This document shows positions 7,610-17,372 of a stretch of DNA of 64,000 bases, piece by piece (the stretch's first letter is position 1; each line of letters starts with the position of its first letter). The DNA comes from Bacteroidales bacterium. Lineage in GTDB: Bacteria; Bacteroidota; Bacteroidia; Bacteroidales; UBA12077. The notes under the pieces were generated by a model. The model was not told where the DNA came from. It searched no databases and saw only the letters and a program-made list of their open reading frames with translations. A program made the position numbers and the translations under genes. The stretch is from NCBI GenBank assembly GCA_035269575.1, contig DATFIZ010000036.1, positions 5,185-69,184 of the forward strand, read 5' to 3'.

Positions 7610-10087
7610 ATGAGCAGTTCTCCTGTTTTTGCCGATGTAATTCTTCCCCTCCCTTTAAAACAGCTGTTTACCTACAGCATTCCTAAATCACTGGAAAAAT
7701 CAGCAAAAACAGGAAAAAGGGTAATTGTACAATTTGGAAGCCGCAAAATTTTTGCAGCAATCATCCATACCATTCATCACAAGAAGCCTGCAGATTACGA
7801 AACAAAAGATATTTTTTCGGTATTAGATGAACACCCCATTGTAAATGATTCGCAACTAAAATTATGGCAATGGATTGCCGATTATTACATGTGCTCGCTG
7901 GGCGAAGTATTTAAAGCCTCTCTGCCGTCCGGATTAAAGCTTGAATCGGAAACAAAAGTTATTTATAATGCAAACCATATCGAAAATGAGATATTTACGA
8001 ATACAGAATCATTAGTTCTCGATTTTCTAAATAAAATAAACATTGCCAGTGTAAACGATATTGCCCGGGCACTGAATAAAAAAAATGCTCTGCCGGTCAT
8101 CAAATCACTTATCGATAAAAAAGCGGTCATTCTTGAAGAAAAACTAAAAGAGAGTTACAAACCTAAAACAGAAACCTATATTGGCCTGCACGAATCAATT
8201 ACAACCGAAAAACAATTAAACGATGCATTTGACTGGTTAAAAAATGCGCCCAAACAGCTTGATGTGCTCATCAGTTTCATCCAGCTATCGGGGGAATTTT
8301 CAAAAAAGGACCCTGCTGAAGTCAGCAGGCAGGCTTTAATCAAAAAATCGGGGACAAACCATCAAATCATCAAAACATTAATGAAGAAAAATATTTTAAC
8401 CGAGTATGAAAAAACAGCCAGTCGTCTCGACCATTCATCAAGCGTTGCCCAAAAGGCAAAACAACTGTCAATAGCCCAGGAGCAGGCACTTCAATCCATT
8501 CAAAAACAATTTTCTGAAAAACAAGTGGTTTTGTTACATGGCGTAACCTCGAGCGGAAAAACAGAAATATATATTCAACTGATACAGGAACAGCTTGACC
8601 AGGGCAAACAGGTTTTATATTTATTGCCTGAAATTGCTTTAACTGCACAAATCATTAACCGTCTGAAATCGGTATTTGGCAACAGGGTGGGAATCTATCA
8701 CTCTAAATTTAACGATGGCGAACGGGTTGAAGTTTATCAGAATGTTCTGAAAAACAGTAAAGAAAACCATTATGATATCATCCTGGGGGTTCGTTCATCC
8801 CTGTTTTTGCCTTTTTCGAAGCTGGGATTAATTATTATTGACGAAGAGCACGAAAACACCTACAAACAATATGACCCGGCACCACGCTACAATGCCCGTG
8901 ACAGTGCCATTGTACTGGCTCAAATTCACCATGCCAACGTACTGCTCGGAACAGCAACCCCGTCTGTTGAAAGCTATTTTAATGCAAAAACGGATAAATA
9001 CGGACTTGTAGAGCTAAATTCAAGATTTCAGGAAATTAAGCTCCCCGAAATAATATTGAGCGATACGCTGAAGGCAAGAAAAAAGAAACAGATGAAGTCG
9101 CATTTTAGCCCGGCATTACTGGATAGTATTAAAGCATCGCTCGAAAACAACGAGCAAATCATCCTTTTCCAGAACAGGCGTGGCTTTGCTCCTTTTTTAG
9201 AATGCGAAACCTGTGGGTGGATACCTTATTGTACCCACTGCGATGTAACGATGACCTATCACAAGCAGCATAATGAGCTGGTTTGTCACTATTGCGGTTA
9301 CACCATCAAAAACCCAAAAGTATGTAAAGCCTGTGGCAATCCTTCGTTATCGACCCGTGGCTTTGGCACCGAAAAAATTGAAGACGAGATAAAAATCTTT
9401 TTTCCGGATGCCAAAGTTAAGCGTATGGATCTGGACTCCACAAGATCCAAGTATGCTTACGAAAATATCATTGCCGGATTTGAGCAGGGAGAAATTGATA
9501 TCTTAATTGGCACCCAAATGGTATCGAAAGGATTGGATTTTGATAATGTGTCACTGGTAGGAATTTTGAATGCCGACAATATGCTGAATTATCCCGATTT
9601 CAGGGCTTTTGAGCGCAGCTATCAATTAATGGCCCAGGTAAGCGGACGGGCCGGGCGAAAAAACAAACAAGGCAAAGTGATTATCCAGACCAGTCATCCG
9701 GAACATCAGATTTTACAATTTGTATTGGATAATAAATACCAGGAAATGTACAAATCACAATTGCTTGAACGTAAAAATTTCAATTACCCACCATTTTGCC
9801 GGTTGATTTATATCAGCATAAAACACAAAAAAGCCGATTTAGTAGAAAACTCTGCCAACCATTTAGCCAATAACTTAAAAAAAATTTTCGGTAAAAGAGT
9901 GTTAGGCCCCGAATCTCCGGTAATTGGGAGGATACAAAATATGTATATCAAAAAAATATTGATCAAAATCGAACGGCAACGGTCCTTTCAAAAAGCAAAA
10001 ACACTTTTGGATGAACAAATCATTCAGCTGGTTACAACAGATAGCTACAAAACCATTCAAATATCCATTGATATCGATCCGATTTAA
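7610..10087 (+). CDS. priA: Primosomal replication-restart helicase PriA
   Basis: FADVILPLPL N-terminus, GVTSSGKTE Walker A, IIDEEHE, and a Cys-rich zinc region CETCGW...CTHCD...CHYCG...CKACG. Confidence 0.95.
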   Translation: MSSSPVFADVILPLPLKQLFTYSIPKSLEKSAKTGKRVIVQFGSRKIFAAIIHTIHHKKPADYETKDIFSVLDEHPIVNDSQLKLWQWIADYYMCSLGEVFKASLPSGLKLESETKVIYNANHIENEIFTNTESLVLDFLNKINIASVNDIARALNKKNALPVIKSLIDKKAVILEEKLKESYKPKTETYIGLHESITTEKQLNDAFDWLKNAPKQLDVLISFIQLSGEFSKKDPAEVSRQALIKKSGTNHQIIKTLMKKNILTEYEKTASRLDHSSSVAQKAKQLSIAQEQALQSIQKQFSEKQVVLLHGVTSSGKTEIYIQLIQEQLDQGKQVLYLLPEIALTAQIINRLKSVFGNRVGIYHSKFNDGERVEVYQNVLKNSKENHYDIILGVRSSLFLPFSKLGLIIIDEEHENTYKQYDPAPRYNARDSAIVLAQIHHANVLLGTATPSVESYFNAKTDKYGLVELNSRFQEIKLPEIILSDTLKARKKKQMKSHFSPALLDSIKASLENNEQIILFQNRRGFAPFLECETCGWIPYCTHCDVTMTYHKQHNELVCHYCGYTIKNPKVCKACGNPSLSTRGFGTEKIEDEIKIFFPDAKVKRMDLDSTRSKYAYENIIAGFEQGEIDILIGTQMVSKGLDFDNVSLVGILNADNMLNYPDFRAFERSYQLMAQVSGRAGRKNKQGKVIIQTSHPEHQILQFVLDNKYQEMYKSQLLERKNFNYPPFCRLIYISIKHKKADLVENSANHLANNLKKIFGKRVLGPESPVIGRIQNMYIKKILIKIERQRSFQKAKTLLDEQIIQLVTTDSYKTIQISIDIDPI

Positions 10088-10456
10088 AATTTCCGGTAAT
10101 CACAACGTTTGTAAAAAATTAAAACGTTCAAAAAATGCTTCTGTACACGGTTACCCGGGCACAAAAAACCTGAAAACAAAATCAACATGGCCACTTAACA
10201 CAACCGCCACTGCCACAACAATTTATAATTTTGTTGTACAGCAATAAAAAGGCATTAAAAAGTCTCTATTTTCTTCAAAAAACAAATGTTATAAACAGTC
10301 AAGCAATTAAAACCATCCTTATTAACAACAAATTGTTAATAAATAATAAGAAAAACAGGGATGAGCTATTAAAAATTGAAGTAATTTTAATTTTGAAATT
10401 TTTAAAAGTTGAAACTATTTTAACTTTTTATTAACCTTTAAAACTTAAAATGAATT

Positions 10457-11098
10457 ATGAAAAAAGTATTATTGATTTCAATTGCATTATTTGCTTTTAT
10501 TCTAACATCTAATGCACAGGTGTCATTTGGCCCAAAAGTTGGTTTAAACCTGGCTAACGTATATGGTGACAATATGGATGATGCAGAAATGAAAATTGGA
10601 GCACAAGTTGGTGTAGCTGTTGATTTTGCATTTTCTGATGCTATATCCCTTCAAACAGGACTTTTGTTTTCTCAAAAAGGATTTAAAGAATCCGAAGGAG
10701 ATTTTACGAGCACCTTTAATATAAATTATCTTGACATACCAGTTCACGCTGTTTATGGGCTAGATTTAGGAGGCAACAAACTTCAATTCTTTGTTGGGCC
10801 ATATGTTGGTGTTGGTTTAACAGGAAAGGCTAAACTCGAAATGGGCGACATGGAGGAAGAGATTGATTTTCAGTTTGTTAATGACGTTACTGATGCTGAT
10901 GAAGATAAATATCCAGTAAAAAGATTTGATGTTGGATTAGATTTTGGCGCAGGTTTTATGGTTAGCAATTTTCAAATCCAAGCTCAATATGGTTTAGGTA
11001 TGGCTAATTTAATGCCAAAATACGATGGAGAAGATCCTGAAGATAAAATGTCGAATGGAGTAATTAATTTATCTGTTACCTATTTCTTCGGAAAATAA
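10457..11098 (+). CDS. Small outer-membrane beta-barrel (porin-family/OmpA-barrel-like) protein
   Basis: Signal peptide ending SNAQ, alternating hydrophobic strands, and a C-terminal ...LSVTYFFGK. Followed by a terminator hairpin. Confidence 0.75.
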   Translation: MKKVLLISIALFAFILTSNAQVSFGPKVGLNLANVYGDNMDDAEMKIGAQVGVAVDFAFSDAISLQTGLLFSQKGFKESEGDFTSTFNINYLDIPVHAVYGLDLGGNKLQFFVGPYVGVGLTGKAKLEMGDMEEEIDFQFVNDVTDADEDKYPVKRFDVGLDFGAGFMVSNFQIQAQYGLGMANLMPKYDGEDPEDKMSNGVINLSVTYFFGK

Positions 11099-11125
11099 AC
11101 TTTTCATTCAATAAGCAATACAAAA

Positions 11126-11157
11126 GAGGCTGTCCAACACGTGGGCAGCCTTTTTTT
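11126..11157 (+). terminator. Rho-independent terminator after the porin-family gene
   Basis: GGCTGTCC (11128-11135) / GGGCAGCC (11143-11150) stem with one G-U pair and a 7-nt loop, followed by T7. Confidence 0.75.
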
Positions 11158-11321
11158 GTCTATCCAATCCTGCAAGCCGTTGACAAAACTTTTAATATCC
11201 TGCACTTAATACAGAAAATAAAAAGATAGCTAACTATTATTTTCTGCCTGATGTATCGCAAATCAAACGAACCCAAAAATAAGAATCAAAAAATTCATTG
11301 AACGTTTCGGGTCGTTTTTCT

Positions 11322-11329
11322 TATCTTTG
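11322..11329 (+). promoter_or_regulatory. -7 box (TATCTTTG) for rfaE1
   Basis: Exact TAnnTTTG, with TTG at 11298-11300 at about -33. GTG 11355 lies 26 nt downstream. Confidence 0.5.
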
Positions 11330-11354
11330 CATTTTAATTTCAAAATTTTACCTG

Positions 11355-12353
11355 GTGAAAAAAATTGATATTCAATCTGTATTCGATGCATTTAATCAAT
11401 TCAACATCCTGATTATTGGCGATGTAATGATTGATTCATACTTATGGGGAAAAGTAAACCGCATTTCGCCCGAGGCTCCGGTACCTATAATTATGAGCTC
11501 AAAACAAGAAAACCGACTGGGAGGAGCAGCCAACGTAGCCTTAAATGTACAGGCCTTAGGAGCCAAACCCATATTATGTTCGGTTGTTGGTAAAGATACA
11601 AAATCAAGGACATTTTTCAGTTTACTAAAAAAACGCAACCTTACCGGTGAAGGAATCGTTGAAGATGCAAGCCGTAAAACAACCGTAAAAACCAGGATAA
11701 TCGCCGATAATCAGCATTTATTAAGGGTTGATGAGGAAATAGATGAGGTTTTAGCGAAAGATACCGAATCAAGGTTTATCCATCATATTTTAAGTATACT
11801 GGCAGACCAAAAAATCCATGCCATAATTTTTGAAGATTATGATAAAGGATGTATTACCCCAAAAGTAATCCATTCGGTAGTTGAGTATGCCAATAAAAAT
11901 GATATCCCTACCCTGGTTGATCCTAAAAAAAGAAATTTTATGGAATATCATGAAGTTACTCTTTTCAAACCCAATTTTAAAGAACTGGTTGAAGGATCTA
12001 AAATTGATATCCCAAAAGGTGATTTTAAAGGCATTTATGAAGCTTCAAAACTGTTGCATCAAAAATTATCAGCCAAATATATTTTTGTTACGCTTTCAGA
12101 ATTAGGAGTATTTATCAGCAATCAGGATGATTACCAAACGATTCCTGCCGAAATAAGAGATATTGCTGATGTTTCGGGGGCTGGCGACACACTGATTGGC
12201 ACAGCAAGTCTTTGTTTGGCTGCAGGATTAGAACCCGAAACTATAGCAACAATATCTAACCTTGCCGGAGGGCAGGTATGTGAAAAAGTAGGTGTTGTTC
12301 CGGTAAATAAAGAACAACTGGTTAAAGAAACGTTAGCAAAATATGGTGGTTAA
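11355..12353 (+). CDS. rfaE1: D-glycero-beta-D-manno-heptose-7-phosphate kinase (RfaE domain I, PfkB family)
   Basis: ILIIGDVMIDSYLWGKVNRISPEAPVPI ... GGAANVA ... DVSGAGDT. The track ORF begins at TTG 11298, but a perfect -7 box at 11322-11329 lies inside that extension, so GTG 11355 (VKKIDIQ...) is preferred. The start is uncertain. Confidence 0.85.
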   Translation: MKKIDIQSVFDAFNQFNILIIGDVMIDSYLWGKVNRISPEAPVPIIMSSKQENRLGGAANVALNVQALGAKPILCSVVGKDTKSRTFFSLLKKRNLTGEGIVEDASRKTTVKTRIIADNQHLLRVDEEIDEVLAKDTESRFIHHILSILADQKIHAIIFEDYDKGCITPKVIHSVVEYANKNDIPTLVDPKKRNFMEYHEVTLFKPNFKELVEGSKIDIPKGDFKGIYEASKLLHQKLSAKYIFVTLSELGVFISNQDDYQTIPAEIRDIADVSGAGDTLIGTASLCLAAGLEPETIATISNLAGGQVCEKVGVVPVNKEQLVKETLAKYGG

Positions 12354-12489
12354 ATATCCTTCGAAGCTATTTATTATAAATCAGCCCTTTGAATATTTAT
12401 CATTTCATTTTGTTAATAAAATGTTTATAACTCAAAAAAAAATGTTTACAATTCTTATCGCACGAAAAATAATAAAAGGGATAAAATTG

Positions 12490-12497
12490 TATTTTTG
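12490..12497 (+). promoter_or_regulatory. -7 box (TATTTTTG) for parAB
   Basis: Exact TAnnTTTG 59 nt upstream of ATG 12556. Confidence 0.4.
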
Positions 12498-12555
12498 AAT
12501 TTCTGATTTTTAAAAATCGGGAGAATTTCAACGGCAAAATCAAAAAAAGGAATAT

Positions 12556-13356
12556 ATGGCAAAAGTTATTGCACTAGCAAACCAAAAAGGCGGAGTAGGA
12601 AAAACCACATCCGCTATAAACTTGGCAGCCAGCTTAGCTATTTTAGAAAAAAAGGTATTAATTATTGATGCGGATCCGCAAGCCAATGCTACTTCCGGAA
12701 TAGGTTTCGATATAAGAGCAATAAAAACGAGTATCTACGAATGCCTTATCGAGGATCAGGATCCAAAAAATATCATTCTAAATAGTGAGGTAGAGCGACT
12801 GGATATCATCCCATCGCATATCGATCTGGTAGGTGCCGAAATAGAAATGCTTAATCAGCAAAACAGAGAATACAAGCTTAAGCAGGTGGTTGAAAAAGTC
12901 AAAGATGATTACGATTATGTTTTAATTGATTGTTCACCCTCATTAGGCCTGATTACCGTTAACGCCCTTACAGCTTCTGACTCGGTTGTTATTCCTGTAC
13001 AGTGTGAATATTTCGCACTTGAAGGATTGGGTAAGTTACTTAATACGATAAAAATTATTCAAAGTAGATTAAACAAAGAACTTGAGATTGAAGGTTTTCT
13101 ATTAACCATGTATGATCCAAGGTTAAGATTATCCAACCAGGTGGTTGATGAGGTGAAAAAACATTTTCAGGAAATGGTATTTGAAACCATTATTCAGCGA
13201 AACATCAAACTCAGCGAATCTCCCAGTTACGGAAAGCCTGTAGTAATGTACGATGCAGCTTCCAAGGGAGCACTGAATTATCTGAATCTTGCGAAAGAGC
13301 TTTTACAAAATAATGACCAAACGAAGATGGCAAATGCCGATAAAATAGTTGATTAA
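12556..13356 (+). CDS. parA: Chromosome-partitioning ATPase ParA/Soj
   Basis: IALANQKGGVGKTTSAINLAA (deviant Walker A), then IIDADPQANATS and LIDCSPSLG. Confidence 0.93.
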   Translation: MAKVIALANQKGGVGKTTSAINLAASLAILEKKVLIIDADPQANATSGIGFDIRAIKTSIYECLIEDQDPKNIILNSEVERLDIIPSHIDLVGAEIEMLNQQNREYKLKQVVEKVKDDYDYVLIDCSPSLGLITVNALTASDSVVIPVQCEYFALEGLGKLLNTIKIIQSRLNKELEIEGFLLTMYDPRLRLSNQVVDEVKKHFQEMVFETIIQRNIKLSESPSYGKPVVMYDAASKGALNYLNLAKELLQNNDQTKMANADKIVD

Positions 13357-13382
13357 AAAATTTAATATTAAGCATAAAGAAG

Positions 13383-14249
13383 ATGGCAAAACGAAATGCA
13401 CTTGGAAGAGGATTAGGAGCATTAATTGACGATGCAGGACAAGAACGAACCGTAACGGCTGATGCTGTTAATGAAATTGATATAACCCGGATTGAGACGA
13501 ATCCTTTTCAGCCCCGCTCGAATTTTGACAATGAAGCGTTAAACGAGCTGGCTGACTCCATCCGCCAGCTTGGAATTATTCAGCCGATTACAGTACGTAA
13601 AGTTGATGATACCAAATTTCAACTTATCACAGGAGAAAGACGTTATCGTGCAGCCCAAATTGCAGGATTAAAAAAAATCCCTGCGTATGTTCGTTTTGCT
13701 GACGATCAGGCCATGCTGGAATTGGCCCTGGTAGAAAATATACAACGCGAAGACCTTGATGCCATTGAAATTGCCATCAGCTATCAGCGGCTAATGGAAG
13801 AATGCAAGCTTACCCAGGAAAGCATGAGCGACCGTGTAGGAAAAAAACGTTCAACCATATCAAACTATTTAAGATTATTAAAGCTTCCTGCAGAAATTCA
13901 ACTGGGTATCCGGGATAAACAAATTTCTATGGGTCATGCCCGCGCATTAATAAATATTGAAGACTCAAAAACCCAGTTAAAGATTTATTACAAAGTTATT
14001 GACGAAGGATTATCGGTTCGTAAAACCGAGGATATTATCCGCGACATTAACCGCCCGAAAAAAGATAACGACAAAGAAAAAATTCGTTTACCCGAGGAAT
14101 ACCAACAATTACAAAAACACCTGAAAGACCATTTTAAATCCGAAGTGGACTTTCGAAGAAACAACAAAGGCAGCGGGAAAATTATTATTCCTTTCAAATC
14201 GGATGAAGATCTAGAAAGAATAATGGGAATTATCGATAAAATGAAATAA
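13383..14249 (+). CDS. parB: Chromosome-partitioning protein ParB/Spo0J
   Basis: GLGRGLGALI, NPFQPR, GIIQPITVR, GERRYRAA and an HTH region. Confidence 0.95.
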   Translation: MAKRNALGRGLGALIDDAGQERTVTADAVNEIDITRIETNPFQPRSNFDNEALNELADSIRQLGIIQPITVRKVDDTKFQLITGERRYRAAQIAGLKKIPAYVRFADDQAMLELALVENIQREDLDAIEIAISYQRLMEECKLTQESMSDRVGKKRSTISNYLRLLKLPAEIQLGIRDKQISMGHARALINIEDSKTQLKIYYKVIDEGLSVRKTEDIIRDINRPKKDNDKEKIRLPEEYQQLQKHLKDHFKSEVDFRRNNKGSGKIIIPFKSDEDLERIMGIIDKMK

Positions 14250-14281
14250 TTTTGCCCCGGTAAACATTTAAAACAAGTATT

Positions 14282-14857
14282 TTGCTGGGACTAAACATTT
14301 ACAAACCCATAGCTGTATTTTTTCTAACAGGGATTCTACTATTTACTGTTCATCATTGTTCGGCACAAGGTCAGGAAAATGAACAGAAAAAGGATATTCT
14401 ACAAAATATTGAAAAAGTACACTCACCCCATAAAGCAACAATGTATTCTGCTGTTGTTCCGGGATTAGGACAGGTTTACAATCAAAAATACTGGAAACTG
14501 CCCATCATCTATGGGTTAACAGGAATATTTATCTATGCCTTTGATTTTAATAACAATCAATACAATAAATATAAGAATGCTTATGCCGAATTTGATGCCG
14601 GAAAAATAAATGTTTTCGAGGGTTATCGTAATAAAGAAACAATCCTTCGTATCAAAGACTACTATCAACGTAACCGGGATTTGAATGTTATTGTTATGGC
14701 TGGTATTTATATGCTTAATATTATTGATGCTACTGTTGATGCTCACTTGTTTGATTATGATATTAGTGATAATTTATCATTGAATGTTCAACCATCGCTT
14801 TTGCGTTCGCTTGATAATCAAAGGGCAATGGGACTAACCTGCAGGTTTTACTTTTAA
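14282..14857 (+). CDS. DUF5683-domain membrane protein (conserved partner downstream of parB in Bacteroidota)
   Basis: SAVVPGLGQVYNQKYWKLPIIYG motif. Only a TTG start is available in this frame. Confidence 0.8.
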   Translation: MLGLNIYKPIAVFFLTGILLFTVHHCSAQGQENEQKKDILQNIEKVHSPHKATMYSAVVPGLGQVYNQKYWKLPIIYGLTGIFIYAFDFNNNQYNKYKNAYAEFDAGKINVFEGYRNKETILRIKDYYQRNRDLNVIVMAGIYMLNIIDATVDAHLFDYDISDNLSLNVQPSLLRSLDNQRAMGLTCRFYF

Positions 14858-15103
14858 TTTTATCAAATTTTTTCTCGATTATAGAATATTTACTCACTTT
14901 TGTTCATTCTTTAATAATGAGACACAAAACATTAAAAATCATAATCATATCTATACCAAATAATGTATAATTTTAATAGATTGTAAACTTCCACAAAGGC
15001 TTATTTTGGTTAACATTTTATAACAAATTATATTTTAATTTTTCATTTATTGTTCGTTATTTTGAGTTTCTTAAAAATTATCATCGCTCATAAAACAAAA
15101 ACT

Positions 15104-16654
15104 ATGACTAAAAAAATTATTCTATCTATTATATTATCATTCTCTTTATCCTTTTCAGCTTTCACAAATCATACAACACAGAAAAATGACACGCTAAAAG
15201 TACCTGCAAATACTCAGACCAATTTTAGTCAGAACCTTGATAGTCTCCTAAATTTGTGGTACATACAAAATGCAGTAAAAACCAACTATACCCTAAGCGA
15301 TGAAGATGTCAACCCGGCTATACCTGAATTTCCCGATTCAGTTTACATTCATCGATTACAACAGCTCCCTTCGGTAGTTGATCTTTCTTACAACAAAATC
15401 GTCAGAAATTACATCCATGTATATACCAAACAACGACGTGAAAGTGTTGAAGCCATGATTGGCCTTTCAGATTATTATTTTCCGAAAATTGAAGAAATAT
15501 TCGAAAGCTATGGCCTGCCTACCGAGTTAAAATACCTGGCCATAATTGAATCTGCCCTTAATCCACGTGCAGTATCCCGGGTAGGAGCCACCGGCATGTG
15601 GCAGTTTATGTATGCTACCGCCCGAATGTATGATTTAACCATAAACTCCTTTGTAGATGAAAGACGTGATCCCATAAAATCAGCTCATGCTGCCGCGCTG
15701 TTTATGAAAGATTTATACAGCATGTTTAACGATTGGACATTAGTAATTGCAGCCTACAATTGCGGACCCGGCAATGTAAACAAAGCAATCAGAAGAACCG
15801 GGGGAAGCAGAGATTTCTGGAAGCTCTATTATTATCTGCCACGCGAAACCAGGGGGTATGTCCCTGCATATATTGCAGCCACCTATACCATGAACTATTA
15901 TCATGAACATAACCTTAATCCAAAATATCCTGAGATTTCATTGGCAACGGATACTATAATTATTAATGATAACCTGCACTTAAAACAGGTATCCGAGGTT
16001 TTGGATATTCCACTCAAAGCGTTACGCGATTTGAATCCACAATACAAGCTGGACATTATTCCTGCCAAAGGTTCAGCATTTGGGTTAACACTACCCATGG
16101 AATTTACCGGAAATTTTATTGATTTTCAAGATTCCATTTTTAATTATAAAGATTCGGTATTTTTTAGCACTGACAATACCATCCGAAATCCACAACGATC
16201 TTACTATATTCCTCCTGCGCCCACAAACCGGGATAAGCTGGTTTATACCGTAAAATCAGGAGACAATCTGGGCTTTATTGCCGAATGGTATAATGTCCGT
16301 GCTTCGGAAATTCGCTACTGGAACAATATCCGGGGAAACATAATACGGGTTGGGCAAAAATTAAATATCTATGTCCCCAAAGGTTCTGCAGCCAAATATG
16401 CAGATATCAATAAACTCTCTTTTGCAGAAAAACAACGCCGGATTGGAAAAACTGTTTCTGCACCCCAAAAGACCAGCAGCCAGACTACAGACGACAATTA
16501 TGTCTATTACAAAGTAGGTTCAGGAGACACCATTTGGGAAATTGCTAAAAAATATCCGGGGGTAACCGAAACCGAGATACTACAATTGAATAATATGACC
16601 AGCGGAAAATCACTTAAAGCCGGCCAGTATATTAAAATCAAACCTAAAAGTTAA
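15104..16654 (+). CDS. Lytic transglycosylase (SLT domain) with two C-terminal LysM domains, MltD-like
   Basis: ATG 15104 gives an MTKKIILSIILSF signal. SLT catalytic region AIIESALNPRAVSRVGATGMWQFM...AAYNCGPGNV. Two LysM repeats: YTVKSGDNLGFIAEWY... and YYKVGSGDTIWEIAKKY... Confidence 0.88.
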   Translation: MTKKIILSIILSFSLSFSAFTNHTTQKNDTLKVPANTQTNFSQNLDSLLNLWYIQNAVKTNYTLSDEDVNPAIPEFPDSVYIHRLQQLPSVVDLSYNKIVRNYIHVYTKQRRESVEAMIGLSDYYFPKIEEIFESYGLPTELKYLAIIESALNPRAVSRVGATGMWQFMYATARMYDLTINSFVDERRDPIKSAHAAALFMKDLYSMFNDWTLVIAAYNCGPGNVNKAIRRTGGSRDFWKLYYYLPRETRGYVPAYIAATYTMNYYHEHNLNPKYPEISLATDTIIINDNLHLKQVSEVLDIPLKALRDLNPQYKLDIIPAKGSAFGLTLPMEFTGNFIDFQDSIFNYKDSVFFSTDNTIRNPQRSYYIPPAPTNRDKLVYTVKSGDNLGFIAEWYNVRASEIRYWNNIRGNIIRVGQKLNIYVPKGSAAKYADINKLSFAEKQRRIGKTVSAPQKTSSQTTDDNYVYYKVGSGDTIWEIAKKYPGVTETEILQLNNMTSGKSLKAGQYIKIKPKS

Positions 16655-16782
16655 TATTGAATAAAAAATTAATGCCTCTATATCAGTCCCTTTATATAAA
16701 AAATACTAACATAGAAGCTAAAAGCATTAAGTAAAACCAGCAGGCCTAAATATCATTTTTAAAAATTACAAAATAAACACTA

Positions 16783-17247
16783 CTAAAGATTTCTCCTTCT
16801 TCCTTTGCGGGAATTAGCCCAAAATGGCTTTAAATTATCATCTCTAAGTTTATATTGATTATTTCCATAAGAGAAATTTTTTGCAACATAATGATTTTCC
16901 GGCAAGCCATCTGCATGATATACATTCAAATCAATATCTGTTCCGGATACTAGTTCATCAACCATTTCAGATACAAGTTTAGCTGGTCCCAAATGAATAT
17001 TTGATACTTGTTCCTTATCATTAATATTATGTTTAATAAGCAAGTGGGTACCCGTTGAATACTTCCCAGTAGTCTCTGTGCAAGGTTCTTCAATTACTTT
17101 AACCAAGCTTCCGGATATTTCATTCACTTGAGTTTGTATACCCTCTTGCGCAATTCCACGGTTATCCCCTACTCCTTTTTGAGCAAAACTAAATACTGTT
17201 AAACTCGCTAAAACTAATGTAGTTAATAAAATTTTTGTCCAATTCAT
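16783..17247 (-). CDS. Secreted protein of unknown function
   Basis: 154-aa ORF with signal peptide MNWTKILLTTLVLASLTVFSFAQ. The central HLGP...LRDDNLKPFW pattern recalls a small periplasmic family sometimes labelled MamS/MamX-like; that is an unverified memory. The C-terminus is basic (RKGRRRNL). Confidence 0.6.
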   Translation of the reverse strand: MNWTKILLTTLVLASLTVFSFAQKGVGDNRGIAQEGIQTQVNEISGSLVKVIEEPCTETTGKYSTGTHLLIKHNINDKEQVSNIHLGPAKLVSEMVDELVSGTDIDLNVYHADGLPENHYVAKNFSYGNNQYKLRDDNLKPFWANSRKGRRRNL

Positions 17248-17372
17248 ATCAATTCCTTTTTTAATTAGTTATTATATGTTTATATCTATATACTTTAATA
17301 TATGTGACACCATATGTTTTAATTTATTACACAAAAAATATTGCATCGATTCTGAAACCTTGATTTTATTTA

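Noticed and set aside
10011-10434. Two track ORFs (78 aa and 67 aa) in the priA-porin intergenic region
   Set aside because: The first is mostly the out-of-frame tail of priA and the second is AT-rich low-complexity sequence (N/K/I/L-rich). There is no promoter or start context and no motif. I treat the region as non-coding with possible regulatory dyads.
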